DNA from: a virus
Taxonomy: Duplodnaviria > Heunggongvirae > Uroviricota > Caudoviricetes
DNA length: 64,000 bases
Virus record (IMG/VR): IMGVR_UViG_3300028888_000051
Span: 35,384 to 99,383 of that record
Strand: one strand, 5' to 3'
Position numbers and translations under genes: made by a program
Shown: in pieces, positions 29,564-39,698 of the stretch
Layout of the letters: each line of letters begins with the position of its first letter
How positions within the stretch are numbered: position 1 is the first letter of the stretch
Notes under the pieces: model-generated
The model's database searches: none
What the model saw: the letters and a program-made list of their open reading frames with translations, nothing else
What the model was told of the DNA's origin: nothing

Positions 29564-30982
29564 TTATATTCCAGTGCTGAATTCATATACAGCACCAGGC
29601 ATTCTAGTTGGTTTCTTAAAGTTTTTATTATCAACTATCAACCATACTACTGGATAAGGTGTCTTGGTTTCAGTATCACCATTAAGATTATCATATCCAT
29701 CAGTAAATATCATAACTACATCAGGTAGTTTCTTTTGATATTTCTTTTTAATAAATGGTAAATTAGCTGACATATCAGTACCACCAGTTGTTGCAATCTT
29801 AAAGTTTTTAATCTCAGATTTATTTGCAGCTGTATATGTTCTGAATGTTTCTTCATGTACTTTTGTACTGCAACACCAAACATCTACTGTGAATGCTTTA
29901 AATTGAGATAAGATTGTGAAGACATGGTTTAATAATAATTCTAATTCAATATTACCAATTGAACCAGAAGTATCAATTGCAACAGCAACATTAATCTTTG
30001 GTGTCTGACTAGATGATGGAAGAATCAAACCATTTGCAATACCAGCACGTGATGGTTTATTCCAAGTATAATTATCTTTCATAAATGATTTCATATACTT
30101 AGTTAATGCACGTCTCCAGTTAAATGGTTGTGGTTTGAATGCAACTTCTAAAGCTCTATCAAAAGCACTCATACCAGTACCTTGTGTTTTACCACCCATA
30201 ACTTCAGCAACTTTAGCCATAACTTCAGCTTTAGTTTCTTCATCAATGAATGGTAAATGCTTATCAAGACCAAAAGATAAACCGTTACCTTGTTTACCAT
30301 TCTTACCTTGATTTTGTTTATTACTGTTGTTGTTGCCATCACTGTCACTATCTTGACCTTGACCATTACCATCATTATTATCAAAGGTAAATTGCATATC
30401 TCCAATCTGGAAATTCATTCCACCTTGACCATCCATGTTACTGTTTTCTAACAGATCTTCATAAATCTTTTCTGCTGGCATACCAGAATATTTAGGATCC
30501 CAACATACCCAATCAGGTTTATTACCAATTGGTTTAGATTTATTATCAGAGCTACTACGATTACTATATAGCAAATCATTGATTTCATAATCAGTTGCCA
30601 TATTCCATAATTCATTTTTAGCTTTACCTTTAGGTGAGAAGTCATCTGCAAGAATACCAATATGCTCACCACGTTCATATGTATTATTTAATAAGTGCAT
30701 AAGTTCATGAGCAAGTATAAAGACTAATTCTTGTTTACCAATCTCAACATTATATACTTTACCATTTTTATCAGTTTCTGTTTTCATCTCATTCATTTTG
30801 GCAATAGCATACTTATTAATATAAATGCTTTTACCATTTGTATAAGCAGCAGCTGGTACAGAAGGATTATCAACAACTTCAATACCAATTTTAGATATCA
30901 TATAAGCTAAAGTATGAAATTCAACAACCATAACAATCATAGCTTGTTCAATGATTTTTTCTAAATCTGTTTCTTTAGTCAT
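29564..30982 (-). CDS. HExxH metallopeptidase plus VWA domain protein (DUF2201-like)
   Basis: AYTNG, LAHELMH, WNMATDYEIN, Q/G/N linker, MIDAS DTSGS, GGTD, FTDG. Confidence 0.85.
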   Translation of the reverse strand: MTKETDLEKIIEQAMIVMVVEFHTLAYMISKIGIEVVDNPSVPAAAYTNGKSIYINKYAIAKMNEMKTETDKNGKVYNVEIGKQELVFILAHELMHLLNNTYERGEHIGILADDFSPKGKAKNELWNMATDYEINDLLYSNRSSSDNKSKPIGNKPDWVCWDPKYSGMPAEKIYEDLLENSNMDGQGGMNFQIGDMQFTFDNNDGNGQGQDSDSDGNNNSNKQNQGKNGKQGNGLSFGLDKHLPFIDEETKAEVMAKVAEVMGGKTQGTGMSAFDRALEVAFKPQPFNWRRALTKYMKSFMKDNYTWNKPSRAGIANGLILPSSSQTPKINVAVAIDTSGSIGNIELELLLNHVFTILSQFKAFTVDVWCCSTKVHEETFRTYTAANKSEIKNFKIATTGGTDMSANLPFIKKKYQKKLPDVVMIFTDGYDNLNGDTETKTPYPVVWLIVDNKNFKKPTRMPGAVYEFSTGI

Positions 30983-31382
30983 TGTTATCACTCCTTTCAT
31001 ATTTGTTTAACCAATCTTGAACTGCTTGCTCACCACCATTTTTTCTGATTTCATCAAGCATTTCTTTTTTACGTTCTTCAGATGTATTAGACCAAGCATT
31101 ACGCATAATAGCATCCGAATCTTCATCTACACGTTTCTTTTCTCTATCATTTATTTCTTGTAATTGAATTGGTTTATATATTGCTGTAGGCTCATCAGCT
31201 GTTATTTGATTTATTGCTTCTTGAGCTTTTTCTTTGGAATCAAATTGTGTAGCTCTTGCAGGTTGAGCAGTAGGCTTTGTGTATACACAAATTTCAAATG
31301 GATTCAAATCATTTATATAATCATTAAAGATTTTATAATGATCATCACAAGCTACAACCCATTTTGTTAAATCGATAGACAT
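30975..31382 (-). CDS. Hypothetical phage protein
   Basis: GAAAGGA SD; lies between the ATPase and VWA genes. Confidence 0.65.
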   Translation of the reverse strand: MSIDLTKWVVACDDHYKIFNDYINDLNPFEICVYTKPTAQPARATQFDSKEKAQEAINQITADEPTAIYKPIQLQEINDREKKRVDEDSDAIMRNAWSNTSEERKKEMLDEIRKNGGEQAVQDWLNKYERSDNND

Positions 31383-31454
31383 AGTTTGTTCCTTTCTTAG
31401 ATTGTGGTTAGAAAGATTGAGGGAGCCAGAAGTATGACTCCCTCTATACTATAT

Positions 31455-32666
31455 TTACAAGATAGCTTTAGAAGCTAATTTAATCAAGTCATTACAATCT
31501 TGCATTGGCATAAATATACCAGGCTTGCTCATAATTCTTGGTGTTTTAGCTATGGCTGAAGTATTGATTATCTTTAAATCATCACGTGATAGATTACGTG
31601 TTGCTTTGATAAAGTTCAAAACATATTCACGACATTTCTTATCATCTGGCTCATTAATCATAGCAGCTAAGCAAGCCATGTGAACAGCCCAGAAGACATT
31701 AGCATCTTCAGATTTAAAGTTCTTACCATCAACTAATATCTCATGCCAATCTTGATATTTAGCTTTTTCTTTAATATAGTTAAAAAGTTTTGCTGTTAAT
31801 ATTAAACCAAGACGTCCAGAAATATATCTTTGCTTTTCATCAATGGTAAACTCATTATCAGGTAAAGCTAAGACTTTTTCAACAACTTCCCAAGACCTTG
31901 GCGTAATAACAATATCTGTATACATGGTATCAGCTTCAGAACCAACACGTTTTTCCATAGTATCTTTATCATATAGCATCTGTTCTCCTTGAGTCTTCAA
32001 GAATGCCATAACATCAAGATTACCACCATTATTCATTCTGTAGTTTAACCATGAATCAAAGTTAGCTACAATATTAAAGTGGCTAAATCTATTAGATAAA
32101 GGAACAGATAATTCTGTCACAGTTGTATTGAATGCTGGAGGATTAGAAGATGCGATGATAAGATAACCATCAGGCACTTTATATTCACCAAGTTGTCTGT
32201 CTTGAATCAATTGAAAAGCTGCATTTAATATTGCTGCTTGACCTTGATTCATTTCATCTAAGTGAATTACACCACCAGAGAATTCGTTACCTTGAGGCCA
32301 TACAGAAGGTGTTGCCCAAACTGTTGTAGGTTTACCTTTACCATCAATTGTTTCAACTTGAATTGTTGGAACACCAATCATATCAACAGGTTCTTTCATT
32401 GATAATCTTACATCACAAACTTTTGGATTCCAAGGTTTAATATTTTCACCATTAGCAATACGTTCATTTATTTCAGCAACCTTTTGTTGGTTCCATTGTT
32501 GAACTGCTTGTGATTTACCAATACCAGGACCACCCCATTGCATAATAGAATCTTGAATTCTTAAAGCAATTTCATACATTCTTTTAATACCAGGAATGGT
32601 ATGACCATCTTCTGTAACAGTATCGATAAAGAATTTAGGCATTTTGAATTCGTTTAAATTTGACAT
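31455..32666 (-). CDS. MoxR-like AAA+ ATPase
   Basis: Walker A GGPGIGKS, DVRLS...D..G.P, Walker B IHLDEMN, SNP, LSNRF, TPRSWE. Confidence 0.85.
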   Translation of the reverse strand: MSNLNEFKMPKFFIDTVTEDGHTIPGIKRMYEIALRIQDSIMQWGGPGIGKSQAVQQWNQQKVAEINERIANGENIKPWNPKVCDVRLSMKEPVDMIGVPTIQVETIDGKGKPTTVWATPSVWPQGNEFSGGVIHLDEMNQGQAAILNAAFQLIQDRQLGEYKVPDGYLIIASSNPPAFNTTVTELSVPLSNRFSHFNIVANFDSWLNYRMNNGGNLDVMAFLKTQGEQMLYDKDTMEKRVGSEADTMYTDIVITPRSWEVVEKVLALPDNEFTIDEKQRYISGRLGLILTAKLFNYIKEKAKYQDWHEILVDGKNFKSEDANVFWAVHMACLAAMINEPDDKKCREYVLNFIKATRNLSRDDLKIINTSAIAKTPRIMSKPGIFMPMQDCNDLIKLASKAIL

Positions 32667-32740
32667 AGTATTTTCCTTTCTAAAAAATGTGGTTAGATTA
32701 AAATTAAATAACATAATAATTTGTTAATGTAAAACCGTTT

Positions 32741-33844
32741 CTAACAATCAGAATGACCATAAACAGCATTAAATACTTGATCATAGTTAAAGTCATACAT
32801 TTTAAGTAAACATAAAGCATCTCCGATTATAGATGCTTTAGACTTAGGATATGATTTAGTAGCACAAGCTCTAACAATCATAGCCATTTGTCTTATTTGT
32901 TTACAATATCTATATTGATTACGCTCAATTGATTCATACCAGCTTTCACTATTTCTTTCCTCTTGAGTACTTCTATCACCTTTACGCATATTGATTACGC
33001 TATTCATTTCTTCAATAATAGCTTTACCATTATAGTGTTTAGCTTTATATAATAATGGTATCAATCTACCATATCGTATGTCAATTGGAAGTATCTCTTG
33101 AATAAAATCGTGTATGCTTCTATTACAATAAATATGAATTATAGCTAAATCTCTATCTGTTTCAGATAAACCATCTTCACAGAAAACTAATTCACGAATT
33201 TGTTTGAGATAATTATCTTTGAGTTCTTGCTCTTGTATATCATTACGTATATACTGTAATAAGTCTGGTATACGAGATACATCTTTACGAATTAGTTTTA
33301 ACGCTTCATCAAATGGCATAAATCTAAACCATTTATAATCAAAGTATCCATTCTTATCTTGTATATTAGTAACAAGTAAAGACCAATCAGGATGTTCAAT
33401 ATCATCAGCTGCAAGCAAACAACCAATAAGTCTATCATTACTACCATTTAAAGCTATTTGACGCATGACTGGTTTAAAATCATCTTTAGTTATGAAATTA
33501 CATAATTCATCAATACTAAACCTATCAATTGATTCTCTAATTGCTGCATAATACTCAGAATCACTAATTAAATTTACTGTCCTAAGTCTTGAAGCATATA
33601 ACATTCGTATAGCTATTTCTTCTTTCCAAGATTTATGAGCTTTATCAAATGTTGAGAAAAAGTTATTTTCATTATGAGATGGTATGCATTCATATTTTAA
33701 TTTATAAGCAACTATATCAGAACAATAATGTGTTTCTTTACCATCTTTATCATAACTTTTTATAGCACTTCTACTATTTTCTGCAAGATATTTTTGATTT
33801 GACCAGTCTAATGTATCAAACCATTCTTGAAATGTTTTTGTCAT
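32741..33844 (-). CDS. Hypothetical phage protein
   Basis: 367 aa, GAAAGGA SD. Confidence 0.7.
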   Translation of the reverse strand: MTKTFQEWFDTLDWSNQKYLAENSRSAIKSYDKDGKETHYCSDIVAYKLKYECIPSHNENNFFSTFDKAHKSWKEEIAIRMLYASRLRTVNLISDSEYYAAIRESIDRFSIDELCNFITKDDFKPVMRQIALNGSNDRLIGCLLAADDIEHPDWSLLVTNIQDKNGYFDYKWFRFMPFDEALKLIRKDVSRIPDLLQYIRNDIQEQELKDNYLKQIRELVFCEDGLSETDRDLAIIHIYCNRSIHDFIQEILPIDIRYGRLIPLLYKAKHYNGKAIIEEMNSVINMRKGDRSTQEERNSESWYESIERNQYRYCKQIRQMAMIVRACATKSYPKSKASIIGDALCLLKMYDFNYDQVFNAVYGHSDC

Positions 33845-33927
33845 AACTGTTTCCTTTCAATCTAAAGAATAGAGGAAGCTAATATTAAAGCTTTACTAAC
33901 TTCCTCTATCTTATTTAACACTAAGTC

Positions 33928-34236
33928 TTATAAATTCAACAAAGACTTTTTAACTGTGAGTGGTTGAACTGTTATAGTAACAACCTCTTTATCCGTGGTA
34001 TAATCAGATACATCAATATTATTGTCTTCACAAGCTTTCTTATAATCAACTGTTGTTCTAACACTTGTTACTTTATTGACAATGGCATACTTGGCAATGT
34101 GTTTTCCTTCTGTCAAGTCTTTTGTTAATGTATCTTTAAGCAACTTGAACTTAGCTTCAGCTGCTTTATATTCAGAATAAGCTTCAGCTAATACTTTGCT
34201 TTCGTTATCACTCAATGTTTTTACTTCATTTGTCAT
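33928..34236 (-). CDS. Hypothetical phage protein
   Basis: GAAAGGA SD. Confidence 0.7.
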   Translation of the reverse strand: MTNEVKTLSDNESKVLAEAYSEYKAAEAKFKLLKDTLTKDLTEGKHIAKYAIVNKVTSVRTTVDYKKACEDNNIDVSDYTTDKEVVTITVQPLTVKKSLLNL

Positions 34237-34271
34237 AATTTTATCCTTTCATAAATGAGGTTCGATATTAT

Positions 34272-34392
34272 ACAGTGGAAGTAGATAAGAGACTGAAATA
34301 ATATAAGACCAATTAAATCAGTCTCTTATCACTGTGAGATTGCAGTTTATAGTCATGCAGGACTTCCCTCTAACCACGGAAGGAAACGTGTT
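34272..34392 (-). ncRNA. Candidate structured intergenic RNA (anti-RBS hairpin, mini-pseudoknot, long hairpin)
   Basis: Minus strand: TTCCTTC-CGTGGTTA-GAGGGAA; AGTC-CTGCAT-GACT-ATAAAC-TGCA; GATAAGAGACTGA...TCAGTCTCTTATC. Confidence 0.45.
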
Positions 34393-34409
34393 ATGTTTGA
34401 ATCTCTCTA

Positions 34410-34892
34410 TTAATATATATCTCCTGTTTCTATACAATGCTTATAATTTGCATCAGCTTTTTCTTTTGTTATCCGTGGTGTAGGAATCAATCCAGTTCTT
34501 TCTTGTAGTTGATAAATTTGGAATAACTTTAATCCAGTCATTCTTTGAATATATTCAACTGGAACTGGAGCACCAATATAACCAGATTTGAACTTAGCTC
34601 TATATCTACGTTCATCTTTTGGTGATATTCCATATTCATCTTCATCTTGACAAATATTTAATATTTCATTATAACTTTTGTCTTGATGTTGTTGAAGAGT
34701 TTTTCTAGCCAATCTTGATCTTCTTGATACAAGATTATTCCAAAGACGTCTCTTTTCTTTTTCTGGATCACTAAACTTTTGACCTTCACGACCATGTTGA
34801 CGACCAAGCTGTTCATCAAGTTTAGCAATTTCAGCTTGAAGCTCTTCTAAAGTATAATCTTTATAAGACTTCGTTCTTTTTTCTTTTGTCAT
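34410..34892 (-). CDS. Hypothetical phage protein
   Basis: AGGAGG SD. Confidence 0.7.
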   Translation of the reverse strand: MTKEKRTKSYKDYTLEELQAEIAKLDEQLGRQHGREGQKFSDPEKEKRRLWNNLVSRRSRLARKTLQQHQDKSYNEILNICQDEDEYGISPKDERRYRAKFKSGYIGAPVPVEYIQRMTGLKLFQIYQLQERTGLIPTPRITKEKADANYKHCIETGDIY

Positions 34893-34941
34893 ATTATATA
34901 CCTCCTAATTGTGGTTACAGAGAAATAATATTATAAAATAG

Positions 34942-35325
34942 TTAATTAAATACTAATAAATTATATTTTTTAACAAATTTTTTTGCTTCATCCCAAGATT
35001 TATCTGTATCATCATAACTATCATCACATGATAGATTATAAACATAATCATATTTTTTAGCAATTAAAAGTATTGCTTTGACAATTAAAGTATAAGGTTG
35101 ACGTGCTGTTTTACAGAATTGACTCATTGCTCCAGAATTAGTAATCAGACAATCTTCACAACCTTGATTGTGACTATTAACTTTTACCACATCTATATCA
35201 GCAATCACATCAAGTTTATCTCCAGTCTCAGCAACATATTTTTCACATGCTGTTTTTACGTCATCTAAAAACTGTTGTTTCAGTTTATTATAAGATGATT
35301 GATTCCAATATACTGTGTATCCCAT
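34942..35325 (-). CDS. Hypothetical phage protein (MGYTxYW...FCKTARxPY type)
   Basis: MGYTVYW...FCKTARQPY...V.AIL motif. Confidence 0.7.
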   Translation of the reverse strand: MGYTVYWNQSSYNKLKQQFLDDVKTACEKYVAETGDKLDVIADIDVVKVNSHNQGCEDCLITNSGAMSQFCKTARQPYTLIVKAILLIAKKYDYVYNLSCDDSYDDTDKSWDEAKKFVKKYNLLVFN

Positions 35326-35339
35326 AGTTATTGTTCTCC

Positions 35340-35570
35340 TTAATTTTGATATTCATGTTTATCTACTAATAAGTAGTGAACTGCACCACTTACCATTGTT
35401 ACTTTGCGAAATCTATATCTGATATTATCATCATCGATAAAGACTTCTTTTTCAGATTCAATATGATTTTCATTAATAGTAATCTCACCAATCTCTTTAA
35501 GATATTTTGTTACTTTAATGTTATCAAAATCACATTCTAACTCAAAACCATACTCGGTATATTTAGCCAT
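35340..35570 (-). CDS. Hypothetical phage protein
   Basis: AAGGAG SD. Confidence 0.6.
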   Translation of the reverse strand: MAKYTEYGFELECDFDNIKVTKYLKEIGEITINENHIESEKEVFIDDDNIRYRFRKVTMVSGAVHYLLVDKHEYQN

Positions 35571-35581
35571 TATTTAACTCC

Positions 35582-35788
35582 TTATCCTTCGAGATACATT
35601 ACACAATCAACAGCATCATTCCATTGAGGAAGATTGTTGAATTCAGTTTTAATCTGTTCTTTTTGTTCATTAGACATTTCATCTAATTGAGCAGCTATTC
35701 TACTATAAAATCCTTGTGAATGTTTAAGTGAATTTACAGTATCAATAAAGATTTCATAATTAGTTTTAACAGCAGTTGTAGTAGTCAT
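35582..35788 (-). CDS. Hypothetical phage protein
   Basis: AAGGAG SD; L.HSQGFYSR motif. Confidence 0.65.
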   Translation of the reverse strand: MTTTTAVKTNYEIFIDTVNSLKHSQGFYSRIAAQLDEMSNEQKEQIKTEFNNLPQWNDAVDCVMYLEG

Positions 35789-35799
35789 GTTACATCTCC

Positions 35800-36015
35800 T
35801 TAAAACATTCTGGTTTCGTTATATGAAAGAAAATAATCAATATACTTTTTGAATTCTTCTAAAGTCATATCATATTCTCTAGCATAATCTTCTAATTCTT
35901 CTTCACTAACATAAGGCTGGTCACATATAAAATCAGGAAAATGTCCACATTCGTAACAATCTTTCCATTCTTTTATAGCTTGTTTTTTTAGTTTAGCATC
36001 AGTCCATTTAGTCAT
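35800..36015 (-). CDS. Hypothetical phage protein
   Basis: GGAGG SD. Confidence 0.6.
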   Translation of the reverse strand: MTKWTDAKLKKQAIKEWKDCYECGHFPDFICDQPYVSEEELEDYAREYDMTLEEFKKYIDYFLSYNETRMF

Positions 36016-36016
36016 A

Positions 36017-36388
36017 TTACACCTCCATCATTCTTTGTTCACGTGCATTATTGTTATCAACAATATCATCTAACCATCTTGCTCCAAACTGAAGTTTAAA
36101 CATTGCAAGCTTACCAATATCTAATCCATCTAGTTTAAAACATAAAAATGTAAAGTCATCAGGATAGCGATTACTTCCAGTTAGTTTATACAGATCATTC
36201 ATTAGTTTACCAGAAAATGTATAAAAGGTATCTACTTGACCGATATTTTTTTCAGCAAGCATTTCATTTATACCTTTTATCCAATCATTCAGATCACCAC
36301 CAGCACCTTCAACAGTAAAGGCACTATTGTTTTCAAGTGTTTTTAATATGACAAAATCTGTATCTTTTAATTCTATAAGTTTAGTCAT
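36017..36388 (-). CDS. Hypothetical phage protein
   Basis: GAGGDL.DW..G...G..MN..Y.LTG.N.YP...RWLDDIVDNN. Confidence 0.7.
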   Translation of the reverse strand: MTKLIELKDTDFVILKTLENNSAFTVEGAGGDLNDWIKGINEMLAEKNIGQVDTFYTFSGKLMNDLYKLTGSNRYPDDFTFLCFKLDGLDIGKLAMFKLQFGARWLDDIVDNNNAREQRMMEV

Positions 36389-36393
36389 AGTCT

Positions 36394-36609
36394 TTACTCC
36401 TCTTCTTCATCATTTTTAACTGCTTCTTCAATATGATTAAGATCAAGATAACCTCCATCATAACCAGATATTCCTAAGAAAGTATTAGCACCGTGCAAAA
36501 AATATGTATTAGGTTCAAGATAAATTTCATCATTATCATCTAAATCTTCTAGTTGACTTATTGCACGTTCTAATTTTTCTTTTAAATATTTTACTTTAAT
36601 GCTACTCAT
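36394..36609 (-). CDS. Hypothetical phage protein
   Basis: GAAAGGA SD. Confidence 0.6.
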   Translation of the reverse strand: MSSIKVKYLKEKLERAISQLEDLDDNDEIYLEPNTYFLHGANTFLGISGYDGGYLDLNHIEEAVKNDEEEE

Positions 36610-36660
36610 TTTTAATTCCTTTCAAATGTGGTTAGATAAAAACATAATAATTTCAATTAG

Positions 36661-37068
36661 TTAACAATTACATTTATCAAATTCTTTCTGTAATTTATTA
36701 AGCAATTTTCTTGTTGGTATATACTTTGGAAAGTATGCTTTAGTTATTTTTAAAGCTTCTGACCAATCACCTGTATATCCGCATTCGTGATTCCAATATT
36801 CATATTCGAATATATCATCAGGATTGCATTCTTCAGAAATTTTCTTTGCGATTGAATCAAAATATTCATCTCTTGCTTTAAAAGCTTCTTTTGTTCCGAT
36901 TCCACCAAAACCGTCACCAACAAGTGTTGCTTTAGCTTGTTCTTCAGTAAGATTATGACGTTTTAAATAATCACGCCATTGATCATTACCAAAAACATAC
37001 TCAATACCATCACAATGATATTTGGAGTATTCATCCTTAAGTTCTGTATATCTATTTTGTCTAGTCAT
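36661..37068 (-). CDS. Hypothetical phage protein
   Basis: GAAAGGA SD; FEYEYWNHECGYTGD motif. Confidence 0.7.
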   Translation of the reverse strand: MTRQNRYTELKDEYSKYHCDGIEYVFGNDQWRDYLKRHNLTEEQAKATLVGDGFGGIGTKEAFKARDEYFDSIAKKISEECNPDDIFEYEYWNHECGYTGDWSEALKITKAYFPKYIPTRKLLNKLQKEFDKCNC

Positions 37069-37585
37069 TGTATTTTCCTTTCATATTTTAATGATTATTC
37101 AAGATTATTGATTATACCGATTGTTCCAGCATCTGGACCCTTTGTAATCACAAGCAATCCAATTGCAATATTTGTTTCTTTGATTGTATTAGACATTGTT
37201 AATCTCCTTTCACAAAGTTAGAGTTATAGTAAGCGTCGCTCGTCCAATATTTCCAAGCATTTGTATAATTACCAGAATTAGTTTTATCTGGTGTCATTAT
37301 AAGAATTATTAACATAAATCCAATTAACAATCCTATTATAAACATTAAAATATTTTTTAACATTATTATTCGCAACATTCAATTTTACGTTTTAAAAGCA
37401 ACATTTCTTTATGAGTGCCATTCGCAATTGGCCAATCAAATTCATTATCAACTAAATTATAAGTACCATTTTCTTGTAATTGTATAGACATTTTTTAATC
37501 CTTTCAATAGGTTAGAGTTAAAACAAGCGGCATTCAGAATCTCACAACTGAGTGTCGCTCGGTATATAGGGCCGGGGGTGGGCGG

Positions 37586-37924
37586 CTAGCCTTGAGTGTC
37601 ACTTACTACACTATAAGCGCCGCTCTCGTCTTTAGATAAGATGTGTTTCTTTTCCATTGCCCACATTTTATTAGTTATCTGTTTATTTGTATATTCAGAA
37701 GGATAATTAGCATTCAATTCTTTATATACTCCAACAGGTTTAGCTTTTTCTATTAGATTCAATACGTTAATAATTCTTTGCTCAAGCTCTGACAAATTAG
37801 TCTTTGCTTGTGTCTGTTTTACTTCAGTTTTTGATTTAGTCTCAATAACTTGATTCAAAATAACTGGTTTATTTTTAGCAATTTTAGCATCAAGCTCTTC
37901 AACTGTTTTAAAAGTATTAGTCAT
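37586..37924 (-). CDS. Putative winged-helix DNA-binding protein, first gene of the early-type run
   Basis: LSELEQRIINVL...PVGVYKEL...QITNKMWAMEKKHIL.K...G.Y. Confidence 0.5.
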   Translation of the reverse strand: MTNTFKTVEELDAKIAKNKPVILNQVIETKSKTEVKQTQAKTNLSELEQRIINVLNLIEKAKPVGVYKELNANYPSEYTNKQITNKMWAMEKKHILSKDESGAYSVVSDTQG

Positions 37925-38002
37925 TATATTTCCTTTCAGTTAATGTTAATATTTATAAAATATCTAATTATTAGAGATTATATAAGTATTAAGTTTTTTA
38001 TT

Positions 38003-38548
38003 TAATAAAGTGATAAAGATCGTTTATTAAATTTATCATTTATTATAGTTTTATTATATACACATTTTGTTGACAATTAAAATGATTATTATCAACAATT
38101 ATTTTTTATTTTATTAAAGCAATTAAAAATTTGTTATAAGCAATTATTTTTAAGCTTTATACTTAATAAATAAAAAAGATAGTTTATTAAATTTTTTATT
38201 TATTATAATTTAATTATAAATATTTTTATCAACAATTAAAATATAAATTTATAACAATTATTTTTTTATTCTTTATTATAAATATAAATTTTAATTTTAT
38301 TCTAAATAAACAAATAAGATATTTAATTAAATTATTTATTTATTTTATATTTATATTATATATAAAAAGTATAACAATTAAAATATCAAAGACTGACAAT
38401 TATTTTTTATATTTATATATAATATAAAGAGTTTTATTTTTTTCTAATTAAATAAATATGATCGTTTATTAAAATATTTATTTAATTTATAATTTAATTA
38501 TAAGCATTTTTATAGCAATTAATATATTAAACTTCAACAATTATTTTT
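38003..38548. repeat. Four degenerate 140-160 bp AT-rich units with paired CAATTA boxes
   Basis: GATNNTTWATTAAA at 38018, 38178, 38318, 38460; CAATTA pairs at 38074/38096, 38120/38141, 38233/38255, 38375/38397, 38516/38538. Confidence 0.8.
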
Positions 38549-38838
38549 AAATTTTATATTATAAACAACTAATGAAATATTAGTTTTGGACAAAAATAAT
38601 TTTGGACTGACATTTTTGAGATATTTTTGTCTATTTTTTAATAGTCAGGTTTTATTTTCCTATATAGGAAAAAGTAATCCGAAAAAAACTAAAATACAAT
38701 AAAATCAATATCTTAATAAAAACTATTTGTTAAATATAGTAAATATAATTTTTGTCCAAAATTTTCACAAAGTATATTCAAAAACCATCCTGGGACCCGG
38801 TATAAAGGCCCTTATGTATATATTTATTTTAAGGCTTA

Positions 38839-39261
38839 TTAATTTTTAGTAGGAATGTTTTCAAAAGTCTTTAAGCAATAATATAATTCACTTATTTGTT
38901 CATAAGACAAAGTAATAAAATATTCCTCGGTATCTCTATATATACTAGGTTTACGTGAATATTTAAACTTTTGTTTTATATTATACCTTTTTAATAGTTT
39001 AGATAGTTCATTAAATAAATTACATCTATAGTTTTTCCATAACTTTATATCAAAGGAATATTTATTCAAAAGAAGATATATAGAGACTTGTTTATATTCT
39101 CTATCAACAAAGGTTGTAAACTTTATTCTAGATCCATAAAATCCAAATCCATTTACTAAATAATCTAAGATTATATCTTCAATAGACTCAGCTTGATCCC
39201 ATATAGAATTGACACAACTCATATCATCTACTCCAATGCTAAACTTAAAATAACTATACAT
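38839..39261 (-). CDS. Small protein, C-terminal-motif family
   Basis: YFITLSYEQISELYYCLKT. Confidence 0.6.
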   Translation of the reverse strand: MYSYFKFSIGVDDMSCVNSIWDQAESIEDIILDYLVNGFGFYGSRIKFTTFVDREYKQVSIYLLLNKYSFDIKLWKNYRCNLFNELSKLLKRYNIKQKFKYSRKPSIYRDTEEYFITLSYEQISELYYCLKTFENIPTKN

Positions 39262-39671
39262 TATTTCTTAAACAATTAATATAGTCTATATCAGCAATTA
39301 ACCATACATAATCAATAAAGCTTGTTTTTTTGACCATACAATCACTATATTCTAATAAATAGATAAATTATATATCTAACCTATTTCCTATAGTCCAGAA
39401 GTCAAAAAATAAGGAACTAGTCAATAACTAATCCCTTATATGTTTTCAAGTCAATATAAAATACAAAAACGTATCTATATTAAAACTAAAGAACCTTGAT
39501 CATCACATACCTCTCAGTCTTTTTGTTTACTCACAATGTACATATATCTATATACATCTATTAAATAACAATTAAAAACCATGACTTTAACAATTATACC
39601 GAGTCTATAAAGCATAAAAAGACCAATATAAACCAGTTACTGGGCTAAAATAAGGCCAAAACTAGGCATAT

Positions 39672-39698
39672 GGGGCCAGGGGTACCCCGGGGCAGGGG
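39672..39698 (+). other. Four-run G-tract (G-quadruplex-type) motif containing the palindrome GGGGTACCCC
   Basis: GGGG-CCA-GGGG-TACCCC-GGGG-CA-GGGG in an otherwise very AT-rich sequence. Confidence 0.6.

Noticed and set aside
38003-38548. CRISPR array
   Set aside because: The units are 140-160 bp and degenerate along their whole length, with no identical repeats separated by unique spacers and no cas genes.
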